Assembly: GCA_963727455.1 (NCBI GenBank)
Contig: CAVSGG010000008.1
Location: 192,001-256,000, forward strand
Origin: Candidatus Krumholzibacteriota bacterium
Lineage (GTDB): Bacteria; Krumholzibacteriota; Krumholzibacteriia; JAJRXK01
Reading direction: 5' to 3'
DNA length: 64,000 nt
In this document: positions 1 through 9,729 of the stretch, in pieces
Numbering within the stretch: position 1 is the stretch's first letter
Layout: every line of letters begins with the position of its first letter
Notes under the pieces: generated by a model
What the model was told of the DNA's origin: nothing
Seen by the model: the letters and a program-made list of their open reading frames with translations, nothing else
Database searches by the model: none
Translations under genes and position numbers: made by a program

Positions 1-1156
1 TGGCGGTGAGGATGAGTTCCGCCCCCGTCTCCTGAAGAGAATCCAGCTTTTGCTCGCGGACCCTCTCTGCCATTTCCGGCTGCAGGAGGCTGAAGGCTCC
101 GGCGCTCCCGCAGCAGCTCTGCGCATCGAGAGCCTGGAGGACCGTGAGCTCGGGCACGCATTGGAGGACCCGGAGAGGCTCGTCCACGATGCCTTGGGCA
201 TGGGTGTGATGACAGGGGGGATGGTAAGCGATTCGCCGTGAATCGGCGCGGAAACGCAGCAAATCGCGGTTTGCATCGAGCCAAACCACCAGGTCGACGG
301 TGGCGTTTGCGACCTTCCTCGCCTTCTCCGCGTAGGCCGGCTCGTCGGCGAAGATACGTCCGTACTGGCGCATGTGAGCCGAGCAGCCCGCGCTCGGCAC
401 TACGATCGTCTCTTGCTCACAGAGAGCGTCGATGAGACTTCGAGCCAAGGCCTTGCCCCGCTCCACCGAACCCGCGTGATGGCTCAGAGCGCCACAACAA
501 GTTTGTCCGCGGGGAAGGCAGGCCTCGAAGCCTGCAGCCTTGACCAGAGCCGCCGTGGACGGCAGAACCTCCGGGCCGAAGACCTGCTGGGCACAGCCGG
601 CCAAGAGAGCAACCTCACCCCGCTCCGGCAGCTCCACTCGCGGCGGACGGGAGGGCGCGCGGGCTGGAAGACTGGCCAGAAGCTTTCCCAGTGGAGGAAC
701 TGCTCTCCCCAAAAGCGGCACTTTACGGAGGAGACGAGCGCAGGTGGCGGCAGGGCCGAGAACGGCTGGTTTGCTCATCACACGATCGACCAGCTGAATC
801 GAGAGTCGAGCGTGTGCGGTGGGGCTCGGTCCCAGAGTCTCCCGCGTATTCTCCAGCAGCTCACCGTAGAGAACACCGGAGGGACAGACCGTTTCGCAGT
901 TGCGGCATCCGAGACAACGATCCAATCCCTCTCGAGCCGGCTCGCTTTCCTCAAACGGGCTTTCGCCGTGAGCTCTGGAATAGACCTCATTCGCAGCACT
1001 CAGTTCTGCCATGACCATGAGGCGTCCGCGTGGGGAGTCAAGCTCGTCACCGCTGACGAGGTAGGTCGGGCAGGACCCCAAGCACAGTCCGCAGTGAATG
1101 CAGCTGCGAAGAAGCTCGTCGAGTCTCAGAGTATCGTTGGCCAGCGGCTGACTCAC
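1..1156 (-). CDS. glcF: Glycolate/2-hydroxyacid oxidase iron-sulfur subunit (3' end runs off the window)
   Basis: Hand translation from GTG 1156, which overlaps the glcE stop: MSQPLANDTLRLDELLRSCIHCGLCLGSCPTY...SPRGR. Near the window edge the same frame reads CCGSAG...LILTA. Not in the ORF track. Confidence 0.88.
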   Translation of the reverse strand, partial: MSQPLANDTLRLDELLRSCIHCGLCLGSCPTYLVSGDELDSPRGRLMVMAELSAANEVYSRAHGESPFEESEPAREGLDRCLGCRNCETVCPSGVLYGELLENTRETLGPSPTAHARLSIQLVDRVMSKPAVLGPAATCARLLRKVPLLGRAVPPLGKLLASLPARAPSRPPRVELPERGEVALLAGCAQQVFGPEVLPSTAALVKAAGFEACLPRGQTCCGALSHHAGSVERGKALARSLIDALCEQETIVVPSAGCSAHMRQYGRIFADEPAYAEKARKVANATVDLVVWLDANRDLLRFRADSRRIAYHPPCHHTHAQGIVDEPLRVLQCVPELTVLQALDAQSCCGSAGAFSLLQPEMAERVREQKLDSLQETGAELILTA

Positions 1157-2364
1157 TTGCCACCCCCCAGCTCGACCGGCGCTTGCGGCAAGAGGCTCTC
1201 GGGATCGAAGGCATCCTTCAGCCGCTTTTCGATCCCCGCCCGCGCGGGCGGAGTTTTGGCCGGACCCACGATTCGCTTCTTGCCGAGCGAATGCAATACG
1301 GCGCCACCCACTACACTCTCGCGCGCGAGTTCGGTCACCGCTCCCAGCAAACGGAAGTCGTCTCCGGTCAAAAAGAGCTCGGCCCGTCCGCTGGCGAAGT
1401 CGAGAACGAGCGCGACGTTGAGTCCTCGCTGGCGCCAGCGAGCCGCAAAGTCCGGCCAGCCGTTTTCGATCAAACCCAAGGGTGAGAGAACCGCGCCCCG
1501 CCACTGCTCATCGTTTTGGAACGAAGCCATGCACGCATCGAGCTCCACTTCGAACGCAGATTCTCCGACGCTCGCGCTCCAACCGCGGACGCTCTCCGCG
1601 CCTCCTTCGGCGGCCAAAACGAGCGCACCGTTTGCGGGAAGTCCGCTGGGGTGTCCCACGCCCACGTCGATCCAGAGTTGCACTACCGGTTCGAGAACGG
1701 CGCGCGGAAGTCGCAACTCCGTGAGTTTTCGCTTCGCCGCTTCGAAATCGGCGACAAGGCCGAAAGTGGCGCTGCATTCGGGGAGGGGAGAAAGTTTGAC
1801 GGTCAGATCGGTGATCAAGCCGAAAGCACCGCGAGCGCCGAAATGCAAACGAACTAGGTCGTATCCCGCGACATTTTTCACCACGCGTCCGCCACCTTTG
1901 AGCACGCGCCCGGTCCCGTCCACCGCGCTGAGGCCCAAGCTCGATTCTCTCAGACCCTGGTTGGGGCCGCTGCGCCAGCCGCGACTGCCTGAGCCAAACA
2001 GTGCGCCCAGACTCGTTTCCTCGGGCTTGTTGGCAGTCGCCGGAAAACGCATCGACTCCTCTGCCAAACGAACTTGAAGAGATGCAAGGGAGCTTCCCGC
2101 CGCCACGCGAGCCACGAAATCCTCGCGGTACAAATCGATGAGGCCGCTGAAACGTTCGGTGGAGAGCCCCACCCAACCCATCTCCGCCGCCCCAAAACCG
2201 ACTGGTTGCCAGGGGACCTTCTCCTCATAGAGCATACGCGCCGCGAGACGAAATCCTTCCAGTCCACTGGGGCTGATTCTGGAACTGGTCAGCTCGACCG
2301 CTTCTTCACCGAGCGCGGCCTGCAATTGCAGCGCGAACTTCTCCCGCAGCACCCGAACGTTCAC
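1153..2364 (-). CDS. glcE: Glycolate oxidase FAD-binding subunit
   Basis: GGRVVKNVAGYDL and GxxGxxGLI motifs. GTG start overlaps the glcD stop (GTGA). Confidence 0.85.
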   Translation of the reverse strand: MNVRVLREKFALQLQAALGEEAVELTSSRISPSGLEGFRLAARMLYEEKVPWQPVGFGAAEMGWVGLSTERFSGLIDLYREDFVARVAAGSSLASLQVRLAEESMRFPATANKPEETSLGALFGSGSRGWRSGPNQGLRESSLGLSAVDGTGRVLKGGGRVVKNVAGYDLVRLHFGARGAFGLITDLTVKLSPLPECSATFGLVADFEAAKRKLTELRLPRAVLEPVVQLWIDVGVGHPSGLPANGALVLAAEGGAESVRGWSASVGESAFEVELDACMASFQNDEQWRGAVLSPLGLIENGWPDFAARWRQRGLNVALVLDFASGRAELFLTGDDFRLLGAVTELARESVVGGAVLHSLGKKRIVGPAKTPPARAGIEKRLKDAFDPESLLPQAPVELGGGK

Positions 2365-3791
2365 AAGGCCACCTGCCTGCCGGCAACGCGCAGCTCTGCG
2401 CACTCGCCTCCTGTGGGAAGCACCTTGAGAGGATTGCACAGTCCGGTGGAATCGAGCGCCTCACGAATCTGCCACTGTGCGTCCATCTCGTCCGCGGAAA
2501 AGATGAGAGGCAGAAACTCTCTCTTCTCCATTCCCACGCCATGCTCTCCGGTGGGACTGCCACCCATGTCGATACAGGCCTGCAGGATTTCTCCTCCCAC
2601 CCTCAAGGCACGCTCCACCGAATCGGCGTCGCGTCGATCGTAGAGAATGGCGGGATGGATGTTGCCGTCACCTGCATGGAGCACCACTCCCACCGTGAGG
2701 CCGTAACGTCGGGCCGCGTCGGCGATGAAATCGCAAATCGCGGGGACCATGGCGCGCGGCACTACTCCGTCCTGGGTGGCGTAATCAGGTGAGATCCTTC
2801 CCACTGCACCGAAGGCGTGCTTGCGCGCCTTCCACAGGAGGGCGCGCTCGCGTTCGTTCTTGGCAACTTCCAGCTGACGGCATCCGTACTGGCGGCAGAC
2901 TTCTTCCACCACCCTCTCCTGGGCCGGGAGATCTTCGGCCGCGCCGTCGAGCTCGATCAAGAGCACCGCGCCAGCATCCTGGGGAAAGCCCAGCTGAAAT
3001 GCCCGTTCGACCGCGCGAATCATCACCGCGTCGATGAGCTCCATCGCTGCAGGAATGACACCGCGTGCGATCACTCGGCTCACGCTGTGCGCAGCTGCGG
3101 TGACGGTGGGAAAGACCGCGAGCAGAGTCCGAACCGCCTTAGGCAAGGGAGTGAGCCGCAGAGTGAGTTCCACCGCGAGACCTGCCGTTCCCTCCGAGCC
3201 CACCAGCAGTCCCAGAAGATCTACACCGGGTCCGGGATCGTGCCGTCCTCCCAGCTTCAACAGCTCTCCTTCGGGAGTGACCACCGTGGCGCCCAGTATG
3301 TGGGGAAGCGTGACCCCGTATTTCAGACAGTGCGGGCCGCCACTGTTGCCGGCGAAGTTTCCCCCCAGAGTGCACGCCGCTTGCGAAGAGGGATCGGGCG
3401 CGAAGGTGAGCCCGTGCGCCGCGGCCGCGTTCCCCAAATCGAGGTTCACCACTCCCGGCTCAACTCGCGCTACCCGGAGAAAGGGATCAATTTCCAGGAT
3501 GCGGCGCATACGAGCCAAGCCGATCTGCAGACCGCCCCTCAGCGTCAGACACCCCCCTGAGAGCCCCGTTCCCGCACCACGCGGAGCGTAGGGAATTTGG
3601 TGCCTATTGCACCAGCGAACGACTTCTAGCACCTGATCTTGTTCGCGAGGCAGCACGATCGCATCGGGAGTGAAGCGATCGAGAGTATAGGCGTCTCCGT
3701 CGTAGATCCGGCGGTGGGTCGGGTCGTCCAAAACGCCATCCTCACCCAGGATGGCGACGAGCTGGCGCCGCTGCTCGCGCGTGAGTGCCAA
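2361..3791 (-). CDS. glcD: Glycolate oxidase subunit (FAD-linked oxidase)
   Basis: PRGAGTGLSGG, APDPSSQAACTLGGN, GSEGT, HAGDGNIHP and GEHGVG motifs. GAGGAGG RBS lies in the cstA tail. Confidence 0.92.
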   Translation of the reverse strand: MALTREQRRQLVAILGEDGVLDDPTHRRIYDGDAYTLDRFTPDAIVLPREQDQVLEVVRWCNRHQIPYAPRGAGTGLSGGCLTLRGGLQIGLARMRRILEIDPFLRVARVEPGVVNLDLGNAAAAHGLTFAPDPSSQAACTLGGNFAGNSGGPHCLKYGVTLPHILGATVVTPEGELLKLGGRHDPGPGVDLLGLLVGSEGTAGLAVELTLRLTPLPKAVRTLLAVFPTVTAAAHSVSRVIARGVIPAAMELIDAVMIRAVERAFQLGFPQDAGAVLLIELDGAAEDLPAQERVVEEVCRQYGCRQLEVAKNERERALLWKARKHAFGAVGRISPDYATQDGVVPRAMVPAICDFIADAARRYGLTVGVVLHAGDGNIHPAILYDRRDADSVERALRVGGEILQACIDMGGSPTGEHGVGMEKREFLPLIFSADEMDAQWQIREALDSTGLCNPLKVLPTGGECAELRVAGRQVAL

Positions 3792-3795
3792 GGGA

Positions 3796-5454
3796 CTAGA
3801 CCTCCTCCACCCTGCTCACGGAACTACGCAGGCGCAGGATGGCCTCGAGGACGAGCCACAGTGCGAGCGAAAGCAACAAGAGGCCGACGATGAGCAGCGG
3901 CCAGTTGTGAGCCCGATAGAAGTCGCGCGCTTTGAGAATCATCGCGTAGAGCGTGACGCCGAGGAGGAAGATCATGGGAAGCAGAGTCACCCAGAAGTTT
4001 CGGCCGCGTTGCTGCAGGTACAGAGTGACCGCCAAAAGAGTGAGTCCCCCCAGAACCTGGTTGGTGGTGCCGAAGAGTTGCCAAAGCGCCAGACCGGCCG
4101 CTCTCCCGCCGATCTGGTAGAAGGCAAAAAATGCGATGGCCCCGCAGGCCAAAGCTCCGGCAAGATAGCGATTCCGCAGGGGCTTGAAGTGAATCGTCTC
4201 GCCCACCTCGCTCAAATTGAAGCGCAAGAGGCGTGTGGCCGAGTCGAGGCTGGTGAGCGCGAAGCTCACCACCACGAGCGCGATGAAGGCGGCGCCGATA
4301 TCGTGGGGCACTCCCAGCGAGGACAGGAAGTTAGCCGTGCCGTTGATGAATGCATCGATGCGGTCGCCCAGGTCCATTGCGGAGTGCCAGTTTGCATAGT
4401 GTGTGCTCCAGGACAATCGGTTGCTGAATCCCGCAGTGCAGGCGAGCACCGCCAGGAGACCCAGCAGCGATTCGCCGATCATTGCGCCATAGCCGATGGG
4501 ACGGGCGTCGGTCTCCCGGTTGATTTGCTTGGCCGTGGTCCCGCTGCTCACCAGTCCGTGGAAGCCACTCACCGCCCCACACGCGATCACGATGAACACG
4601 AAGGGAAATATGGGAGGCGCTCCCTGGGGTGCAGCCACCACCGCCGGAGCTTGAAAGGATGGACGCAGCGCGAAAAATCCGAGATAGGCCAGGATCAGGC
4701 CTAGATAGAGCAGCATCGAATTCACGTAGTCTCGTGGTTGCAGAAGGAGCCAGACGGGCAGGACCGAAGCCAAGAACGCATAGCCCAAGAGCAGCCATTT
4801 CCAGGTGTCCAGCGGAAGATCGGGAGAGGGGATCTTCAAGCCGGCCCAGATGAGCAGGATGGTGGCAAGGAATGCGACCGCGCTGAGGCGGCCCAAGGGA
4901 GCGTTCGCCTTGTAGGCCGCCAAACCCACCAGGACAGCGACGAGCATGAGCCCAAAGGTGGGAATGACCGCTTCCGGATGGAAGATGGAGGTGAAGAGCA
5001 GGGCCACCACGTGCACGAATACGCCCATGCCCAGCGCGATGAGAAAGAAGATGATGGCATGGAAGAGCGACTTCGCTCGCGGGCCGATGATGTCTTCTGC
5101 TACCTTGCCGATGCTCATGCCCTTCGCGCGCATGCTCACCACCAGAGCGCTGAAGTCGTGCACCGCGCCGATGAGAAGCGTACCCAATACCACCCAGAGC
5201 AGTGCGGGCAACCAGCCCCAGATCACCGCGATGGCGGGCCCCAGCATCGGGCTCAAGCCGGCGATCGAAGCATAGTGATGACCGAAGAGGATTTCCCGCC
5301 GGGTGGGCACGTAGTCCATGCCATCCGTCAGGGCATGGGCGGGAGTGACTCTGTCCGGGTCGAGACGAAAAACGCGTCGAGCGAGATAAGCGGAGTACAC
5401 GCGATAGCCGATGAAATAGCCTAGCATGCACAAGATTCCAACCAGGACCGGCAA
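3796..5454 (-). CDS. cstA: Carbon starvation protein A family transporter
   Basis: FGHHYASIAG, LLQPRDY, IACGAVSGFH and LWQLFGTTNQ motifs. Likely TTG start at 5454 after GAAGGA; the ORF extension to 6018 is an antisense shadow of the sigma gene. Confidence 0.9.
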   Translation of the reverse strand: MPVLVGILCMLGYFIGYRVYSAYLARRVFRLDPDRVTPAHALTDGMDYVPTRREILFGHHYASIAGLSPMLGPAIAVIWGWLPALLWVVLGTLLIGAVHDFSALVVSMRAKGMSIGKVAEDIIGPRAKSLFHAIIFFLIALGMGVFVHVVALLFTSIFHPEAVIPTFGLMLVAVLVGLAAYKANAPLGRLSAVAFLATILLIWAGLKIPSPDLPLDTWKWLLLGYAFLASVLPVWLLLQPRDYVNSMLLYLGLILAYLGFFALRPSFQAPAVVAAPQGAPPIFPFVFIVIACGAVSGFHGLVSSGTTAKQINRETDARPIGYGAMIGESLLGLLAVLACTAGFSNRLSWSTHYANWHSAMDLGDRIDAFINGTANFLSSLGVPHDIGAAFIALVVVSFALTSLDSATRLLRFNLSEVGETIHFKPLRNRYLAGALACGAIAFFAFYQIGGRAAGLALWQLFGTTNQVLGGLTLLAVTLYLQQRGRNFWVTLLPMIFLLGVTLYAMILKARDFYRAHNWPLLIVGLLLLSLALWLVLEAILRLRSSVSRVEEV

Positions 5455-5595
5455 GACGAACCATCCTTCGGGGGGATCGTTCTGCAGGCTAGTCCCATTC
5501 GCCTGGCCTTGGCAAGCAGGCAGAGATCGTTGCCGGGCATTCGCCCGTTTTGGTTCTCGGAGAGCGCCCTGTGCTGGGGTATTCTGGCGAAGCCG

Positions 5596-5621
5596 GGAAT
5601 ACGGCACCGGCCCAGCGAGTA
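5596..5621 (+). promoter_or_regulatory. Possible ECF-type autoregulatory promoter (GGAAT-N18-GTA)
   Basis: GGAAT at 5596 and GTA at 5619, about 10 nt before the sigma ATG, which lacks a clear RBS. Resembles the SigR/SigH-type GGAAT-N18-GTT consensus. Confidence 0.3.
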
Positions 5622-5631
5622 GAGAGAGAGA

Positions 5632-6294
5632 ATGGCAAGAACACCCGAGAGCCCCCCTTCGAAAGCGCGGCCCGCCCGCGATTCGAACGAGAGCGAAACG
5701 CAGCGGCTCGACCGCGAGGCACTGCGTGCGATTCGCCTCGGGGACTCGTCGGCCTTTGCCTCGCTGGTGAGGCGGCACGGTCCGCCGCTGCATGCTCTGC
5801 TTTCCCGCATGCTTCGCGACGAGCAAGCGGCCCAGGATGCGGTCCAGGAGAGCTTCATCAAGGCCTGGAAAGCGCTGGCGAAGTTCGATTCTTCTCGCGC
5901 GTTTTTCCCTTGGCTGAGGACCATCGGAGTGAACACGGCCCTGGACGAAATCGAACGCAAACGGCGTCAGCCGGTAGCGGAAAACTCCGAGGAGATTCTC
6001 ACCCGGATGCCGGCGCACCAGGACAGCGAGGAGGGGCTACACCGCCGCGAGCTGATGGAGCTGGTGGAGGAAGAATTGTCCAAGATGCCTTGCGAATTCG
6101 AAGCAGTGTTCCGCTTGCGCGTACAGGAAGATCTCAGTTACGCCGAGATCGCGCAGACCCTCCGGATCCCCCTGGGAACGGTAATGTCTCGCCTCGCACG
6201 CGCGCGCCTGCAACTGGCGCAGGCACTGCGGTCCCGTCTGGCGCCGGACGTGCTACATGCTCTACAGGAGGGCGACGATGACGGACAGGTCTGA
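5632..6294 (+). CDS. ECF RNA polymerase sigma factor
   Basis: Region 2 (AQDAVQESFIKAWK, FFPWLRTIGVN) and region 4 (LSYAEIAQTLRIPLGTVMSRLARAR). Confidence 0.92.
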   Translation: MARTPESPPSKARPARDSNESETQRLDREALRAIRLGDSSAFASLVRRHGPPLHALLSRMLRDEQAAQDAVQESFIKAWKALAKFDSSRAFFPWLRTIGVNTALDEIERKRRQPVAENSEEILTRMPAHQDSEEGLHRRELMELVEEELSKMPCEFEAVFRLRVQEDLSYAEIAQTLRIPLGTVMSRLARARLQLAQALRSRLAPDVLHALQEGDDDGQV

Positions 6295-7153
6295 ATGTCG
6301 GCGCTTTCAGTTACTGCTCTCCGAGCGGCTGGACCGCGAATTGCGCCCGGAAGAACTCGAAGCACTGGGCTCGCATCTCAGCTCCTGTGCGGCCTGCCGG
6401 GAAGTGGCCACCGCCCTGCGCCTCAGCGATACCCTGGCTCGGGAAGCTCCTGCGCCCGCCCCCCTCGCCGGAGATCGTTTGGAACAGCTGGTCGATGGGG
6501 TGATGGCAGATGTGGAGGCGGAGAAGGACGATGCCTTCCCGACGCCACTTCGAGGCATGCCCAACTGGAGAGAGTTGCTCGGAAGCTGGGCCTTTCCCTC
6601 GGTAGCGGGAGTGGTGGCCCTGGCGGTGCTGGCCTTCTTCCTTTTGCGTTCGCCGCAAGCTCCCTTGCCGACCACCACGGGCGGAAGCGTAGACAAGGAC
6701 CTGCTCGTACCCGCGGAAAATTCTCCGCAAACCGCGGGGGACGCGGAGTTGCCGGCACGAGAGGAAAACGAGAAGCGCGAGTTCTTCGGCACAGAGAAGA
6801 GTGCGCCTGCCGATCAGGGAGTGCGCAAGGAGCAAGCGGCTCCGCAAGCGAAAGAAATGGCCGAGGCGAAGCCCTCGTCGCGGGAGTCCCTCAACCAGCA
6901 GCAGCCTGTGAGTCTGGACGAACAGTCCAATTCGAAGATCGCGGCGGCGGGCTCCTTTCGCGCCGCCCAACTACCTGACTCCCTCGCGGTGCTGCATGCT
7001 CTGGGAGTCCGCCTCCCGCTCAGCGAGGCACAGAGGGACTCGCTGCGCGCCGCCTGGAACGCACGGCTGAAGGAGAGCGCCGATTCCACGGAACAGGAGC
7101 AGCTGCGGGCGGCGCTCGAGGCCCTGAAGAAGCTGCCCCCGCCGCAGGACTAG
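6278..7153 (+). CDS. Zinc-binding (ZAS/zf-HC2) transmembrane anti-sigma factor
   Basis: HLSSCAAC (HxxxCxxC) near the N-terminus, one TM helix, a low-complexity extracytoplasmic tail, and overlap with the sigma stop. Confidence 0.85.
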   Translation: MTDRSECRRFQLLLSERLDRELRPEELEALGSHLSSCAACREVATALRLSDTLAREAPAPAPLAGDRLEQLVDGVMADVEAEKDDAFPTPLRGMPNWRELLGSWAFPSVAGVVALAVLAFFLLRSPQAPLPTTTGGSVDKDLLVPAENSPQTAGDAELPAREENEKREFFGTEKSAPADQGVRKEQAAPQAKEMAEAKPSSRESLNQQQPVSLDEQSNSKIAAAGSFRAAQLPDSLAVLHALGVRLPLSEAQRDSLRAAWNARLKESADSTEQEQLRAALEALKKLPPPQD

Positions 7154-7161
7154 AAGCGCAA

Positions 7162-8016
7162 TTAGGCCATTGCGTCCTCGAACATCCGCCGCAGACGCAC
7201 CGCGGTGGCCGGCGCGTGGCCCGCATAGTGGTTGTTGACAAAAACCAGGACGGGAACGCCGTCCTTTACCCGCCGCACGAGAAAGGTGACCCAGCGATCC
7301 AGGCGCTCGCTCTGGTCGATCACTTCCTTCCCCCAGCTCTTGGTGATGGCCTCGATCCGCTGGCGATCGCCGAGCAGCCGCACATAGACCGGCTTAGCCG
7401 TGACCAGCTCCAGTTTTCCCTCGAGCTCGTCGCCGTGGGGCATCCAGGCCTGATCCACCACCGTCAAACTCACATCGCGCGCGCGTAGGAGAGAAACGTA
7501 TTCCGGCACGAGCCAGCTCTTGTTGCGGATCTCCACCGCGTAGCGAAACTCGCTTGGCAGATCCTCGAGAAATCGTTCGAGGCGTTCGAAGAAGTCACCA
7601 CGCCGAGCGAAGGTCCGCCGGTTGAAGTAGGGAAACTGCAGAAGGAGCGGGCCCAGTTTGTCTCCCAGTAGCGCCATGTTCGCCAGGAATGCGTCGCGAT
7701 CGCGATAGCAGTGCTCGGCGCTCAAAAGTCGCGAAGCATCGGGCTGCGCCCCCTTCCCCGCGTGCACGATGCTGCGTGGGAACTTGGCGCACACGAGGAA
7801 GCCCTCGGGTGTTTTCTCGTCCCAACCCTGCACGGTACGGCGATCGGGGACCGCGTAGTAGCTCGCATCGATCTCGACCGCGTCAAAATGCCGGGAGTAG
7901 ATCGAGAGGAACTCCCCGGGCGGTGTCTTGGGCGGATAGAAAGGTCCCACCCAGTCCTTACTGGAGAAGGACGAGCAGCCGAAGCGAACGAGATCGAGGG
8001 GTGAAGGTGTAGCCAT
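7162..8016 (-). CDS. DUF72 family protein
   Basis: WVGPFYP, VEIDASYY, LGPLLLQFP, AVEIR and FVNNHYAG motifs. Confidence 0.88.
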   Translation of the reverse strand: MATPSPLDLVRFGCSSFSSKDWVGPFYPPKTPPGEFLSIYSRHFDAVEIDASYYAVPDRRTVQGWDEKTPEGFLVCAKFPRSIVHAGKGAQPDASRLLSAEHCYRDRDAFLANMALLGDKLGPLLLQFPYFNRRTFARRGDFFERLERFLEDLPSEFRYAVEIRNKSWLVPEYVSLLRARDVSLTVVDQAWMPHGDELEGKLELVTAKPVYVRLLGDRQRIEAITKSWGKEVIDQSERLDRWVTFLVRRVKDGVPVLVFVNNHYAGHAPATAVRLRRMFEDAMA

Positions 8017-8068
8017 GACGCTCCCAGGATAGCGGAGAAACGAGCGAATGGGGAGGATCAGGCCTCCC

Positions 8069-8097
8069 TTGCACCAAAGCGGGGCCTGGAATACACT
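8069..8097 (+). promoter_or_regulatory. Putative sigma70 promoter of the POT transporter
   Basis: TTGCAC-N17-TACACT. Confidence 0.45.
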
Positions 8098-8198
8098 CGC
8101 GCGACTCCATGCCCGTGTCTCGCCCTTGGGCTGGGAGTTCTTGCGCGAAGGCGGACCAAGCCTTCACTCACCTTCTCCTCTCCCAGGAGCCCTGCCGC

Positions 8199-9704
8199 AT
8201 GAGCGACATGACCGCCGAGGATCACAAGTACGACCGCGCCTTTTTTGGCCACCCCCGGGGCCTGAGCACCCTCTTCTTCACTGAGTTGTGGGAACGCTTC
8301 AGTTACTACGGCATGCGCGCCTTGCTGCTCCTGTTCATGACCGACACGGCCCGACACGGCTTCGGCTGGGACACCGCCAAGTCGGCCGCGGTCTACGGTC
8401 TCTACACTTTCGGGGTGTACGCGGTAGCCCTACCCGGTGGCTGGATTGCCGACCGGGTCCTGGGACAAAAACGGTCGGTGCTTTGGGGCGGAATCATCAT
8501 TGCCTTGGGACACTATACTCTGGCACTTCCCGCCCTCGTTCCCTCGACCTCGGTCAGCGCTTTCTACGCCGGGCTCTTTCTCATCGTGATGGGAACCGGT
8601 CTGTTGAAACCCAACGTGAGTGCCATCGTGGGCGAGCTGTATCCGGAGGGCGGGGGACGTCGCGATGCCGGTTTTTCGATTTTCTACATGGGAATCAATA
8701 TTGGCGCTTTCGCCGGTCCGCTGATCTGCTCCTATCTGGGGGAGAAGGTCGACTGGCACCTGGGCTTTTCTGCGGCCGGCATCGGCATGACCCTGGGACT
8801 CATCCAGTACGTCTACGGCTGGAAGTTCCTGCACGGGAAGGGAGAGCTCGGTCCCGAGCAGTCCGAACCGGCTGCCATGAGCGAGGGCAGACGGCGTCTC
8901 ACTCTGGGTGTGGGCATCATTTGTCTGCTCATCCTGTTGTTGGTGGGGCTGAAGTGGCTAGGAATCGTCTCGTTCACGCTGGTATCCTTCGTACGCGGCA
9001 CGGGGGTTCTACTTCTCGCACTGGCGGTACTCTACTTCGCCTACATGATCTTCATTGCTTGCAAGACCCGGGAGGAGAAGGGGCGCGTCTTCGTGATCTT
9101 CCTGCTCTTCTTGGGAGCGGCGATGTTCTGGAGCGGCTTCGAGCAGGCCGGCTCCTCGATGAATCTCTTCGCGAAGGAATACACCAATCGCGTGGTCTTC
9201 GGCTGGGAGGCACCTGCCGGGTATCTCCAATCGGTGAACCCGCTCTTCATCGTGCTTCTCGCTCCGGTAATCGGCGCTCTGTGGGTGAAGCTGGGTGCGA
9301 GCAATCCCTCCATCCCTACGAAATTCGCCATGGGGCTCGTGCTCCTGGGAGTGGGCTTCTTGGTGATGGCCTGGGGCAGCCAGTACATCCAGGCGGGTAA
9401 GGTGAGCCCGATGTGGCTGGTGACCACCTACTTCTTCCACACCGTGGGCGAGCTCTGTCTCTCCCCGGTGGGTTTGAGTTCGATCACCAAGCTCTCGCCC
9501 CACCGCTTGGTGAGCCAGATGATGGGGACCTGGTTCCTGGGCGCCGCCCTGGGCAATCTCATCGCAGGACTCGTGGCGGGCTACATCGACGAGCTCCCCA
9601 AGGACGAGCTCTTCGGAGTGGTGGCAGCTATCGTCATCGTGACCGGTCTACTTTTCTTCATCTTCCACAAGCCGATCGATCGGATGTGTCACGGCATCAA
9701 GTAG
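8199..9704 (+). CDS. POT/PTR proton-dependent di/tripeptide MFS transporter
   Basis: ELWERFSYYG (ExxERFxYY), GTGLLKPN, FSIFYMGINIG and GELCLSPVG motifs. AGGAG RBS before ATG 8199. Confidence 0.93.
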   Translation: MSDMTAEDHKYDRAFFGHPRGLSTLFFTELWERFSYYGMRALLLLFMTDTARHGFGWDTAKSAAVYGLYTFGVYAVALPGGWIADRVLGQKRSVLWGGIIIALGHYTLALPALVPSTSVSAFYAGLFLIVMGTGLLKPNVSAIVGELYPEGGGRRDAGFSIFYMGINIGAFAGPLICSYLGEKVDWHLGFSAAGIGMTLGLIQYVYGWKFLHGKGELGPEQSEPAAMSEGRRRLTLGVGIICLLILLLVGLKWLGIVSFTLVSFVRGTGVLLLALAVLYFAYMIFIACKTREEKGRVFVIFLLFLGAAMFWSGFEQAGSSMNLFAKEYTNRVVFGWEAPAGYLQSVNPLFIVLLAPVIGALWVKLGASNPSIPTKFAMGLVLLGVGFLVMAWGSQYIQAGKVSPMWLVTTYFFHTVGELCLSPVGLSSITKLSPHRLVSQMMGTWFLGAALGNLIAGLVAGYIDELPKDELFGVVAAIVIVTGLLFFIFHKPIDRMCHGIK

Positions 9705-9729
9705 CGCAGGGGAATAGCGAGCGCAGGAC

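Noticed and set aside
5455-6018. N-terminal extension of CstA (740-aa ORF)
   Set aside because: It overlaps the ECF sigma gene on the opposite strand, and CstA-like sequence starts near 5454.
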